Assembly: GCA_043228905.1 (NCBI GenBank)
Contig: JBHGNT010000003.1
Location: 3,410,001 to 3,474,000 of the forward strand
Length of the DNA stretch: 64,000 nucleotides
Source: Azolla caroliniana
Taxonomy: Eukaryota; Plantae; Polypodiophyta
Reading direction: 5' to 3'
Under the pieces are notes generated by a model. The model was not told the origin of the DNA. It made no database searches and worked only from the letters and a program-made list of their open reading frames with translations. Of this stretch, positions 27,760 to 41,026 are shown piece by piece (the stretch's first letter is position 1; each line of letters opens with the position of its first letter). A program made the translations under genes and the position numbers.

Positions 27760-28390
27760 TTTCAACTAAAATCCGATGTAGTGCACCGGACTTTGTTGTT
27801 TTCAACGAGAACCCGATGCAATGCATCGGATTCTCGTTGAAAGTTTTTTTCAGACCAAAATCCAAGACTTTCAACGAGAATCCGATGCATTGCATCAGAT
27901 TTTGGTTGAAACTTTTTAATTTTTTTTTCCAAATATAAATAAATAAATAACACTTTCAACATTTCTTTTTTTCTTTTTTCTGAAAAATAAAAATTAATTA
28001 AAAAATTATAAAAAAAACTTTCAACCAAAATCCGATGCACTAATACGATGTACTGCATCAGATTTTGGTTGAAAGTTTTTTTTAATTACATTTTTTTTCT
28101 AAAAAAAGACTTTCGACAAAATCCGACGCACTACATCGGATTAGTGCATCGGATTTTGGTTGAAAGTTTTAATTTTTAATTTTTTAATTAATTTTTATTT
28201 TTCAGAAAAAAAGAAATGTTGAAAGTGTTGTTTATTTATTTATTTTTGAAAAAAAAATTTAAAAAAAGTTTCAACAAAAATCTGATGCAGTTTATCGTAT
28301 TTTTGTTGAAAATCCATCGGATTCTCATTGAAAGTCGTGGATTTTCAACATAAATCTGATACACTGCATCAAATTCTCGTTGAAAGTCAA
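27760..28390. repeat. Array of direct and inverted aaaatccgatgca/tgcatcggatttt motifs (transposon subterminal-type repeats)
   Basis: About a dozen copies in both orientations. A MULE-like end (agggaaaagtacc...acccct) lies at about 27364-27450. Confidence 0.75.
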
Positions 28391-29792
28391 CGAAATTTAA
28401 CTCATTTCCTCTAGTTTTCTACGTAGTTAGTCCTCCATTTTGTGTAGTTTTCAATATGTTATTTGCTAAGAAATACTCATTTTATGGATTTCAGTGAGCT
28501 TGGTAAAAAAATACTGACCTTTAAACTGAAGATCCCCACTCCAACGAAGAGAAGTATCATTGATCCTTGTTTGAATTAGTTGGTATGGAACATTGAAGTC
28601 ATCTATAGGCAACACGAAAGAGAAACCAGTTATGGTCCTTGAATTCGTTAGAACATAGACACAAAAGTTATAGTAAGCTAGAATGGAGTCTAGTTTATGT
28701 GGATGAGGATGGAGTATTGCTCCTGATATTCGCAACAACAGAGGGTAAAGGGAAGTTGTAGTTAGGTGAAAGTTTCAACTATGGTAAAGCAAGAAACATA
28801 GAGTATGGAGATAGTGATTACCCCAATATATTTGTTGACATTGAGAGCTCAGTGGGTACATATTGTCCATTCTAGTTTGGGGTTTCCACTTGGAGTAAAC
28901 TATCATTTTTTCTATGATTGGAATGTTATTGTAGTTCGGTTTCTATCCATGGGTAAGATGTCATGTGTCACCGGTTCAAGGTTATTCTCAATTTTTTAAA
29001 ACATTCTAGTTTTCTAAGGTTAAGGTGGTTTGCATTGTTATTTAAATTTCTTCTCTCGAAATATTAGTAGTTCAAGAATATGGCAATCATTCTAGTTACT
29101 CCTATAATGTTAGACAACCATTAAAGAATTTTACAGTTAACCTATTCCACATGTATCTATTTAGAGCCTTTAAAGAATATGGGAATTATTAAATCTTTCC
29201 ATGTAACCCATTCCACATGTAACTATTAAGAGCCTTTGAAGAATATGAGAATTATTAAATCTTTCCATGTAATTACAAACTCCACACGTAATTTAAAAAT
29301 GCATCCTTGTGGATTGCCAATGGTCCCCTTGACCATGGTAATGCATCATGGTTCGAAACAAAGTTACAATAGGCCTATTCTGAAATCAAGTTCTAAACAT
29401 GACAACAAGTTGAGAACAAGCTCTACATTTTGAGACAAATCAACAACATATTGGATTTGTTCTCTATAAATAGACATAAATTTAGCATTGTAAAATTTGT
29501 TCAATGGGATACTATTTTCATATTCAACAAAATCGGGGTTAATACAATTAAGCTTGCATGGAATTCCATTCCTTATTTCAAATTTGGATAAAAAACATGA
29601 CAGATGGAACATGAAACTATTGATTTTCTTGTCATGAAAATAATTAGTTAAAAAGTTTGGTATGTTTTAAGAAACCATGTATGCATGCTTCATACCATCG
29701 TGAAATTGTGCTTAAATAAGCCATTTTTTAACACCCCCTTAGAAGTAAAATAGAGAACACGACATATTACACGTTTCAAATGTCCTAGTGTT

Positions 29793-30720
29793 ACTAGCAA
29801 GTAAACCATTGTGTGTTAGTAGTGGCTTGTGAGCTAGATACAATAACTATTCATGAGCCATACACACAATAACCAACGATAATTCAATACAAACATTGCT
29901 CTCTTTTAGAAACCACCATTTCATGTCGACACATTGTGGTTATTATCATCATATGCCCATCTCACTTATTCATAAAGCCCAGTTCCTAATGTTCATCACT
30001 AAGTAAACCACCACGTGTTAGTAGTGACTCATGAGCTAGATACAATAACTGTTTATGAGCCATACACCCAATGACAAACTTTGGTCTCTTATAGAAACCA
30101 CCATATCATGTCGACACACTGTGGTTATCATCGGCATATGCCCATCTCACTTGTCCATCGGATGTAGATCCTAATGTTCACTAGCAAGTAAACCATCACG
30201 TGTTAGCAGTGGCTTGTGAGCTACATACAATAACTGTTCATGAGCCATATACACAATAACCGACGATAATTCAACACAACCATTGGTCTCTTTTAGAAAC
30301 CACCATTTCATGTTGACGCATTGTGGTTATTATCATCATATGTTCGTCTCACTTGTTCATCGGACTCAGATCCTAATGTTAACTGCCAAGTAAACCGACA
30401 TGTGTTAGTAGTGAGCCAGAAACACTAATTGGCGATAACTCAACAAGGAGCTCACATTGTTTTCTCAGAAGACACTGATAACATCCAACAGACCAAACTT
30501 AAGAGTGAATCCACCATTTCATGTTGACGCATTGTGGTTATTATCATCATATGTCCGTCTCACTTGTTCATCGAACTCAGATCCTAATGTTAACTGCCAA
30601 GTAAACCGGCATGTGTTAGTAGTGAGCCAGAAACACTAACTGGCGATAACTCAACAAGGAGCTCACATTGTTTTCTCAGAAGACACTGATAACATCCAGC
30701 AGACCAAACTTAAGAGTGAA
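29793..30720 (+). repeat. ~200-bp satellite-like array, right part, ending in a young 2 x 211 bp duplication (30300-30720)
   Basis: Repeated units match 26567-26915. ccaccatttcatgttgacgcattg occurs at 30300 and 30511. Confidence 0.9.
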
Positions 30721-32774
30721 GTAAGAAGAAGAAGAAGAAGATGATGACGATGATGAAGAAGAAGTTTAGGTCAAAATTTAAACACACCCAAATAATGTAA
30801 TGGGCCAGAAACATAATTTCCACAAAAATTACCCATCGTTCTTGTTCTTTTGATGATTTATTGTATCCCCTGTACTTCTTCACATTTTGCTGAATCATTC
30901 GCAGAAACAGTGTACGCATGATTTCCTGCTCCTCCTGAAATTTCTTATCCCAGCCATGGCGGCTTGATTCTCTTCAGCAACTATCAGGTTAGATATTTAC
31001 AAATTTGTTCTTAAATACGAAGTTTTTATTCCTGTTTTTTTCGGTTCTTCATTTTAAGGACGGTTCCTTCCTTCCTGTTTCTTCATGATCGATATGTTCT
31101 TCGCACGGTTTGTTCTCGTCTTCCATGTTTTTCATCTCAGCGTTTTCTTCATTCCTGTTTCTTTTCCTCCTCCACTTCTTCTATACGCACCATTTTTGTT
31201 TCTGACTTACTCAATGTGTGTATATGCATGTATGTGTATGTATATCTACAGGAATATGTGAATGAATTCATGTTTTATGTGAGTCATTCTCTTCTGATGT
31301 CCACTCTAATATACTAGAGAGGATTTGGTAACTATGGAAAGACATGGAGGGAGGGGCTAATTTAGAGGTGTTTTATGAGATGTGGTATATTGGTATCTTC
31401 TGAAACTTAGAGAATTAAACGAGAAGCTTTTTTTTTTGGTTCTTCTTCTTCAAGGTCAACATATTCTTCACAACTCCTCTCCCTTGGAAGCGATATATGG
31501 CTATGGAATTCCTCACGATTTTTAGAGTTCAGTTCAGAAATTGGAAGACAGATTCTCGCTTCAATTGATCTCACAGGTATGTCTTTGAGAATATGTATCT
31601 GTGTGCATTTATGCTTGGGGCTGATGCGTGTATGTGTATCTATGGTGCCAATGCATGTGTGTATGCATGTACATACATGCATAGATTGACATATTTGCAT
31701 TCGTGGGGCCTCCCCCACGAATGCAAATGAATACACATACGAATGCATGGTCAAGTATTCATTAATTTTTTTGTTCTAAAAATGTTTTCTGAAAAAATGT
31801 ATTTGACGAGTAGCGAATAGGGAACGGCTTGCAGGGAGCATCGAATAGCTGAAATAGCGAACAACAACAAACATCGCGTTCCCTGAAAATTAGGGTGTGG
31901 CTACATCCTTGTCTCCTCCTGCGTGACGCCTACATACTTGCTTCTTTCTGCATCTTGTTCCCTGAAAATTAGGGTTTGGGCAAAACTTGGTAAGTCTCTC
32001 TTGAGTTTTCTCATCTCAATGCTGTCCAATCTTCCATGATTTCTTCATGCCATAATTGTAGGATGATCCAATCATAATTAGATTTTAATTAGAGTTAGGA
32101 TTAATGAACATTTTGGATCTGAAAGGTTAAAATTTATTTGTGGATATACCCTAAAACTGTTGTAGAGAAAATTCACTTATGGTGAGGGTTAGACTATTAT
32201 TCAAGAGTGTAAGTGTTTGAGTTGTGAAGTGGCTAGTGTAGGGTGAAGGAAATACCCCAAAGTCCACATGCAATGCAAGCTTTTGTTGTAATTTGACTAA
32301 TGCAAGAACCTAAAACTTTTCCAAAGTCCCAAAGTTTGTCAATGGATGTGGCCACAATTTCACAATCCATATCAAGACTCATGATGTTTGATGCATTCCC
32401 ATATCCATATTACTATGCAAGAATTTCAATATGAATTGCTTATGCTACCGGATAATATAGAATGTATTAAGCCTAAACATTTTGTATTTGAAAGGTTAAA
32501 ATTCATTTGTAGACATACCCTAAAGCTGTTGGGCATCTACTAGAATGCTCATTTGTAGAAGTAAATTCACTTATGGATAGGACTCATGAGTATGTAGTTT
32601 TGAAACAACTTAGGGTTTTTTGTTATTATCAAACAAGTTAAGGAAAATATGGTGTCTTACCTAGAAAAATATAGCAAGAGGAGAGACTGATGAAATTGTA
32701 AACCTCTTCGGAAGGACAGAAGCATAAACATTATGTAAATGTATGTATGTATGTATTATGTGCTGTTTCCCTTG

Positions 32775-33036
32775 TTTTACGCCATAGGTACTTGTGAGAG
32801 AGTATGAGAGCATATAATGGAAGCACACAGCATTAAAATAAAATCGATGCATGTATAAGAGAATCCCTGCTTATCTTCTATACACGGCATTAATGAATTG
32901 GTTATTTTTACGCCATAGGTACTTGTGAGAGAGTATGAGAGCATATAATGGAAGCACACAGCATTAAAATAAAATCGATGCATGTATAAGAGAATCCCTG
33001 CTTATCTTCTATACACGGCATTAATGAATTGGTTAT
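32775..33036 (+). repeat. Tandem duplication, 2 x 131 bp, inside the predicted 5'UTR intron (31990-33430)
   Basis: ttttacgccataggtacttgtg at 32775 and 32906. Copies look identical. Confidence 0.97.
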
Positions 33037-33455
33037 CAATTCTATTTACACTCTCTGTAATAAGTATTTTATTGTTGAGGTCTGAATGAGGGATTTCGTT
33101 TATTTCAGCGTATTTTCTTTATTGTGTGAAGAAGTAATCGAGATATAACTGTAAACATGCCATATGTTCAACCATTTCCCGCTGGATATGATGTTAAGGC
33201 ACTTCAATTCATCATGATATCATATTTGTTTAGCTATCTCTAATGTTTGAAGTTTTTATCTTGAAACAATTTCTTCATTTAATGTAACTATATTAAGTGC
33301 ATTATGTTCTGTGTCTTATATGAATCTTTTACATCTCTTCCCTTTCTTTTGTAATTTTTTACATTTTTTCTAAATTCAAAATTTCTGTTTTCTGATATAA
33401 GTAAAATCATATTCCTTACTTTGGTATCAGCTTCTTCCTGAACCCCAGTCTAGCT

Positions 33456-36400
33456 ATGCCGAAACGTCCCTTCTCTGATGATGATGGACCCTATTTAGAT
33501 AACGAAGAAGAAGAAGAAGAAGAAGATGATGATGATGATGAAGATGATGACGATGAAGATGATGAGGAACAAGCTAAAGCCAAGAAGGCTATTAGGCACA
33601 AAGTTTTTGTAAAACACTTTCCTGACCTCAAAGAGATGGTGAAGAAGACATTTGGGGACAATAAGACTAACTTAATTGCAGATAAAGAAGAGAGATCATG
33701 TGCAATATGCCCAAACATCCAATGGTTCAAAGGGTGGAAAGCTCTCCAAGCTCATGCTGAGACCTTCAAGAAGCGGAAGGTTCATCATCATCGAGGCTAT
33801 GCAGATGCAATAAAAGAAGCTCTCCAAGCTAATGTAATCTCACGGGATGGAGCTGATGCTCATATTGGCACTCGCACAGTGTCGTTAAACATTGAAGCTG
33901 CAAAGAATAGATTGATAGTATGGCCGCCTATCCTTGCTATTCAGTGCAAGGACAAGAATGTCAATATTTCCAATATTGCCCCGAGTTTCCTTTCGGATTT
34001 TTGGAAAGAATTTCCGAATACACAAACAGCAAAGTTTCATTGTGTCTCGAGTTGGGAAGGCCTCCTTGAGTTTGAGGCAGATTATTTTGGCTTTTTGGAT
34101 GCTGAATTTGTAAGGAACAATTACCGGCGTTTTCCTTATCCCATTCATATGTCTCTTATGATCCCATCAACAATGAAGGAAATTGATCCACAAAGAGTGT
34201 TGATCGATTGGAAAGAAGAGAGCTACCATGAGAAAGTAAGAGAGCCCCAGAGGAAGGCCAAAGAGGTGATTTTCTGCTTGATTACTGTTTCAGAATGATT
34301 TTTCTTGTCTTAATCATTTACTCAAATGATGTTAATTGTGCAATGGTGATGGTTCCATTGACTCTTGTTTGAATCTAGTTTGTAAGAAAATACATTTCTG
34401 TCCTTGTAGGCACACGACCATGAGCAAGCGCAACTCAAAGAAATGCAGATCAAAGTTGAGATCTTGACTGAAGATGAGGAGCGGTTCAATGTGAAGAAAT
34501 CTCATTTTGACAGACTCATCTCCAGTACGCAATCTGAGATTGAGGAGCGAAAACTGAGGAAAGAACAGATAGCAAGAGATTATGAGAATAAAGTAAAGTC
34601 TTTGATGCCCTTTTATAAATGTTTTATGAATTTAAACCAAAATTTACTTCTTCTTTTTTCGCCAGATGCGTAGCTTGGAAGAGACATTTCAGAGGGACAT
34701 ACAAATTTCCAAGGCAACGAGCACTGCCCGAATCAAGAAATTACAACAACAGTTAGAAGAGAGCGAGAATCAATGGGACGAAGTGTGGATTGCACGCATG
34801 CTTGAGATCAAAAACTTGCAAAAACAATTCCAGAAATTGACGAATGATAGAAGACAAGAAGAGTATGAACTTTGGTTTTTAGAATGCAACATTTTACTAG
34901 TGGGATGAATACACATATACCCATGCATACGCATATGGACACGTGTTTTTTGTTTTGTAATACTTCTATATATGTTGGAACATAGTAAGATGGTAGATAT
35001 AGATAGATATTTTTTTGATGTCCATAGTAGACCAAATTTGATATATGATACAGGGCCTAGCACATGAAGATGATTGAACTTGTATTCTCTCAATTTTATT
35101 ACTTCTAAGCTACAGTTTGAACCACCAAGCTGACAGCCATAGAGATTGCTGGAATAAAAAACTGGATAGCGTATATGAGCTATTAATTAGACTGACAATT
35201 GTTGGAAACAACCTTAAACTTATAATGAACCTGCTCACTCACCAAAGCACTTATACAAAGAATATGTGCATCACTTTTACCCGGAGGATGGAATACCTGG
35301 TCAGAGGTTTGGAAAAAACTTTTGGTGGTTTGGACAGATTCTGTGTGGCCTATCAAGCAATGCTTATTTCTTCCAATGGACAAGGTTTTCCATCTGGATG
35401 GCCTGCAATTGTAAGGTGTTGGTCAAGACCAATCCAATCCCTGTTTAACTGTCTGCAACTTAAAGACATTCCACTTCAAACTTACATTCTTTATTTTGAA
35501 GTGCCTTTAAGAACTTTGGTGTTTACTTGACACTTTTGTACATATCTCATTGTTATTTTGTGGGATTAAGGCCTGACCATAATCAATATTGTCCATATGT
35601 ATATGTCATACTCATATCTCTCTGCATACAACATGTTGGTAATTGGTTATAGAAAGTGATCAACAGGGCTCAAGAGGCTTTGCGAAAGGAGCTTCAAGTT
35701 ATTGAGAAAATAAAATTGTTTAAGGAAACTATAGAGAAGCGTGTGGCCGAGTGCAACAAAAGGGCACATGAACAGGAGTCAGAGTTGCAGGAGATACAAC
35801 ATCGTGAGACGATGCAGGTAACCAAAGAAATGAATGCAGACATGAACATATGTACTTTGTTGTTGAGAAGTAAAGGCTTATTTTTGGGTCAATAAAAATA
35901 AGTAAATAAATTATCATATATTATTACATATTTGAAATCTTAAATGACCTTTAATAATGCTTTTTTCAGCTTTTGGAGGAGGCTGAGAATGAGAAACAGA
36001 AGTTGCTGGAAGAATTGCTAGTGAAGCAAGAGAATTTGAAGAGATCCAAGGAAGAGGCACCCACGAACCAAAATCTTGAACAAAAGGTTTGTTGAATTAT
36101 AATATTTTATGTCTATCTGTGTGTGCCTTTTATTTTTATTTTTGTTATTTTTTTCGCATTCAAAGCGTGTCTCGTTTTATTTATTTATTTGCCAAAATGT
36201 CGCACATTTTTGCTTCACTAATTAAATAACGACTAAATGACCATACCTTGTTGGCTATTTACTGGTATACCTTGAAGTTTTGAGACTTCACTGGAATACC
36301 TCTTAACTACATAGATAAACGCCCCAGATCTTAGATATTGTGGTATGTTTTGCCCTTTCTTTTTTGTTTCCTCGTAAGTTGGGGGTTTTGAAATGCCATT

Positions 36401-36750
36401 TGTGGCAGCACTGGGGAGTTGAACTTCCAATCTCTGCCCTTTGACCCAAATCACTTATTCTAGATGAAGCTGTCTTTTCTCCATTGGTATATATATGCAT
36501 ATACGTGCACATATATGAACCTTAATATTTGATATTTAATTGCCATAAATCACAGGTAGAACGTGTTGAATGCGCAATGTGCTGGGATGAGCTAACTGAA
36601 GAAAATCGTGCGCTCTTGCATCCATGTGGTCATGCATGCTTATGCCTTGGTTGTGCCTTGTTGCTATTCAAGGGCACACGTTTATGTCCAATATGCCGGG
36701 CAGATATTAAAAAGGTACCAGTGTTGCTACCCAAGAAGATTTACATGTAA
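33456..36750 (+). CDS. SGS3-like zf-XS + XS + coiled-coil protein with C-terminal RING-HC (C3HC4) finger, ~550 aa. Exons: 33456-34265, 34410-34592, 34666-34862, 35667-35817, 35970-36086, 36556-36750
   Basis: All five introns are GT..AG and phase-consistent (1653 nt in total). zf-XS: CAIC..WFKG...LQAHAET...HR. XS: IVWPP, LLEFEADYFGFLDAE, ESYHEKV. E/K/Q-rich coiled coil. RING: CAMC...PCGH..LCLGC...CPICR. A 5'UTR intron is predicted from donor G|GTAAGT at 31990 to acceptor 33430. Confidence 0.88.
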
Positions 36751-37154
36751 TCAGAACTAGTTTTAGCCAATATCATGCACAAAGTTGGTTATTTGTGAAT
36801 GTCTGGAGCCAATCAAGTATATGTATATATAAAAAACTATTGTTCTATGCTGGTGTTACATATTGGAATATGTTAGATTTTGTTTGGTGCTCTTGATTGC
36901 CCTTCTGTAAACAGAGAGAAACATATAACCACTGAATGCAATGTATTTTGCTAGTTAAACATTGTTGGCTTCCACCGATTTTATCACCTAGGTTTTGGCC
37001 CTAAATATAGTAGATCCTAGCTGTATGATATGAGAAACCATATTTATTTTTTAGTAGTTCGCTTTTTTAGTCCAATTTTTTCCATTTTTCCATTGAAAAT
37101 ATGGTAGTTGGATATTAAACTTTTGCTGCATTTCTCATTGAAAGCAAAGGTTTT

Positions 37155-37752
37155 ACTCAAGCTCATGTGCGCTTATGTAGCCCGATGAAGTTGATCAAAC
37201 TCTTTTTATCAATACAGTGATTGGTCTTATGTGCTGAAGACTCTTCATAACCTATTAACCTGTATGTCTAAATATATACATTTGAAATCTTGTAACATTA
37301 AATGGGTGACAATATGGCATACATCAATGTGTGCACGCACAACATTGTCTATCACTCAAGCTCATGTGCGCTTATGTAGCCCGATGAAGTTGATCAAACT
37401 CTTTTTATCAATACAGTGATTGGTCTTATGTGCTGAAGACTCTTCATAACCTATTAACCTGTATGTCTAAATATATACATTTGAAATCTTGTAACATTAA
37501 ATGGGTGACAATATGGCATACATCAATGTGTGCACGCACAACATTGTCTATCACTCAAGCTCATGTGCGCTTATGTAGCCCGATGAAGTTGATCAAACTC
37601 TTTTTATCAATACAGTGATTGGTCTTATGTGCTGAAGACTCTTCATAACCTATTAACCTGTATGTCTAAATATATACATTTGAAATCTTGTAACATTAAA
37701 TGGGTGACAATATGGCATACATCAATGTGTGCACGCACAACATTGTCTATCA
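37155..37752 (+). repeat. Tandem repeat, 3 x 199 bp
   Basis: actcaagctcatgtgcgcttatgtagcc at 37155, 37354 and 37553. Copies look identical. Confidence 0.97.
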
Positions 37753-40681
37753 TATAAATATGGTGTCAGAAAAATGGCTCTTAAACTTAAATATCTACAT
37801 TTGTCAAGCTATACCACTGTTCTTAAGAGGCAGAATTCAATACTGCTTCGTTCTGGTTAAGTGCATAGTCTTATTGTGTGGACGAAACAAAGGACTAGTT
37901 AAAAGGGTTATACATATTAATTGGCAATGTTTCAGATTGGTATATGATTCTCAACTTCTCAGTCTGTCTCCAATCAAAAACATTAAATGGTTTTGAAACT
38001 AAAACGGAATCAAGCTTGAATTATGAAACCTTTAAACCTTGAACTGTTTATATTGAAACCTTAAAAAATAACCTGTTTTGAAGGAGTTTTAACCTCAAAC
38101 TAAACAGTTATAGAGTTTTGGAAACTGTTAAACCATTCAATGGGCTCTTGAGAAAGGTTTGTTATTTTAAAACTTGAGAAAAAACTTGAGAGAATTGTTA
38201 GGGTTCAAAGAAAACTTCACGATATTATTATATTGCATCATTTATGAAGTTAATTCATATTTTTAATAAATACTTCAGAATTCAGCTAATTGTTAAGTCA
38301 TTTAGTCATGAAGTTAATGGCTCTAGTTGAACCAAAACAAATCCTCAAGCCAAATGAAACCTGAACCAAGCCACTTATAAGTTTCTAAACTTGACCCCAA
38401 TTGATTAAGTGGTTAAGTTGTTCAATCGTGGTACATTGTTGAGGCGTTTAGGGAAAAAAGGAACAAAACTCGAGGGTTTTGAGAGTCTTTCGCCCTTATA
38501 CATAAGGTACAATGTCTTGTGGGTTGCCAACTATTATGTTTTTAAATGGTGTTGCGTAAAGGTAGGCTCCTATAACAATTTTGGGTTCACACTTGGGCAT
38601 CATTGAATGGCAAGAATGGAAGCCTAGAATTCCTTTATTGATTGAAATGCATGGCTGCCTTCAAAGGTCTCAACAAAAACATTTCGAAGCAATTTATACA
38701 TAATGTATGATCCATGCAAGAATCACCAATGAGTTGCTTATAATACTCAAGGCATCAAAACTTGAAAGGTTGTTGAGGAATTGTTCTGAAGCACCCTAAG
38801 CACGATAAGACAACAACAAATGATAACCCACATAAATATGCATCCATTTATTGAGCTTTTCACTCTAACGTGTAATCATCTTTACTCTCCACAATAGTTT
38901 GTTTATGTTCCCTAATTGCATCATTAGCATTTTTATCTAACATAACCTTGATGGAGCTAGACGTTCTACAATCAGTCATTGACGTTATTTAAGTATTTTT
39001 CCCAACATGACAGTCTATAGGTATATTAGCTTCAAATGTCCAACTTCATTGAGTTTATCAACCCATTTTCTATGCTATCATTAACGCATGTAGCATATAT
39101 CTTGTCAATGCTCTCTCTACGTATCTGTTTTCTTGAGACTAAGACAACCATTATATATTTTCTTGTATTGTGAAGTCAATCATCCAGTTCATAAACTTTG
39201 CACCCTACTCATCTTGACCTAGATTTCAAACAATTTCTTAATGAAATTTCATCATGGCCATTACAGCTACTTAGTTGTACCATATTAGGTATATTCATTG
39301 ATATAGCCCTAATTGCTCTTCATCTACAGTTAGTTTTTTTAAATTTTGACCTTAAAATAAACTTCACAATAGTTAATTTTTAAGGTCGCCATCATCATAT
39401 TCGCAACACCAACGGCACAATATATGATCAACTTCATTATTGAGCATCATTCCGAGATAATTCAAATATAAATGGGTTGGGAGTTCATCATACACGAATA
39501 TTGCTGAATATGTCCCAAAACTACTGACGCTTCAAATATTTTGTGTCAAATACCTAAAATCTACTCTTTGTACAGGATATTTACTTGTTCATCCATCTCA
39601 TGTGAATACTACAGCATGAAAAGAGAGCACTTGAGTTTCACCTTCATTCATAATTCTCTCAAAAAAGAATGCTCCAACAAAACCAGTATGCCCCCCGATT
39701 CAATTCATGAATGAATGAATATTAAAAATAAGAGTTCAGTCTTATACATGACAATTATCTCATTTCTCTAACTATTATAATATCCGCACCACGTTCTTCA
39801 TTGCTATTGGAATTTACATTGCAGAACATTAGAAGTCTGACGGCCCAACAAGTTTTCCAAATCATTTTCTGAAGTCATAAAAAGAAATTACATGTGTTAA
39901 ATTTGATAAGAGAAAAGAATAATGTCATGTCTTCCAATACCTCGATCATAGAGCTAGTTTGTCAACGATTTCTGCAGCAAACCTGTAACAATACATGGTA
40001 TTAAAGATCTAACCAATACTCATATCTCTATAATCCATGTATAGTCTACTATATCCAACTTATTTGGTAGCTACTCCTTTGATGATGCAATCACAAACCC
40101 AAATTAGAGTTCTTGAATCTTGATCACTCATCCTTTTCATTGTTATCGAGATACACGTCACAGATTTACATAGATGCATTTCAGGTAGGTTCGATATTAA
40201 TGTCCCTATATCTCTGATATAAACGAAACCAAACAATATGAGAAGGCATAAAAAAAGAGAGCAGGGAAAGAACACTAGCATTTCTTCCTATCTAGAAACT
40301 CTTTCCTGAATCTCTTTTAGATCTATGTATATATTGCTCACTTCACAATTTCAACGACACTCTGAGGTAATAATCACAACCCTAGTCAATGTACGAGGGT
40401 TTTCCATTATGGTTCTGAGATTGATGTGGCCTTATCACTCATATAAACAAAATCATTAAGGTTTCAAGAGCTGATGGGCCCAAATATTTGTCACATAAAC
40501 ATCATAAAAGTTTTCAGTAGGATTCAAGATTGAACCTACCCAATTCACTTCACTAAGTAAGAGTTTTCCTTATAGATGCATTAGGGTAAGGTTTCAACAC
40601 CCACAAGTGGGCCCTTATCTCTCACAGGAAAAAAAAACAAGAAGACATAATGTAAAGAAAGACAAATTCCTATGTACCGAG

Positions 40682-40933
40682 TCATTCTCTCTTGGATCTC
40701 CGGTGCTTGGTACTATTTGAGGACGGTGATGGAGATGTTGAAGAAGATGGTGATGAAGACCGGGCTTCGAATTCCCTCTGAATTTTTGCTGCATGCCACC
40801 GAGAGACCAAGTAGAGGGCGAGGACGCAGAGGGCAGCCTGATTAGGGCTGAGAACTCTCAAATAAGCCAACAACCCTGGTATGACTGCAAAAGGAAGGAG
40901 CCATAGCTGCTTCAGGGCGGGGTTGGAAGCCAT
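40682..40933 (-). CDS. Small (83 aa) putative membrane protein of unknown family
   Basis: GC-richer ORF with good Kozak context (GCT ATG GC) after a GA-rich leader. Two hydrophobic segments and a Ser-rich/basic tail. Plausible downstream UTR splice sites. Confidence 0.65.
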   Translation of the reverse strand: MASNPALKQLWLLPFAVIPGLLAYLRVLSPNQAALCVLALYLVSRWHAAKIQREFEARSSSPSSSTSPSPSSNSTKHRRSKRE

Positions 40934-41026
40934 AGCTCGATATCTTCTCTCTCTGTTTCTGTCTCTGTCTCAATAGCCAAAGTCAACTACAATCGAATGC
41001 TGCAGACATTATCTTTGGGTTCTATT

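Larger units (their letters stand above)
26916..29792. mobile_element. Non-autonomous TIR DNA transposon (~2.9 kb) inserted into a satellite unit
   Basis: 31-bp TIRs aacaccgggacatttgaaataggtaatatgt vs reverse complement aacactaggacatttgaaacgtgtaatatgt. The flanks rejoin into the satellite sequence aatgttc-acta-gcaag, with candidate TSD acga/acta. Confidence 0.75.

Noticed and set aside
35117-35530. 137-aa ORF inside the SGS3-RING gene
   Set aside because: It lies in intron 3, has no recognisable motif, and the flanking exons join in phase without it.
37915-38425. Further aaacc/ggttt-rich MITE-like segment
   Set aside because: Composition resembles the other hAT MITEs, but no convincing TIR pair or TSD was found.
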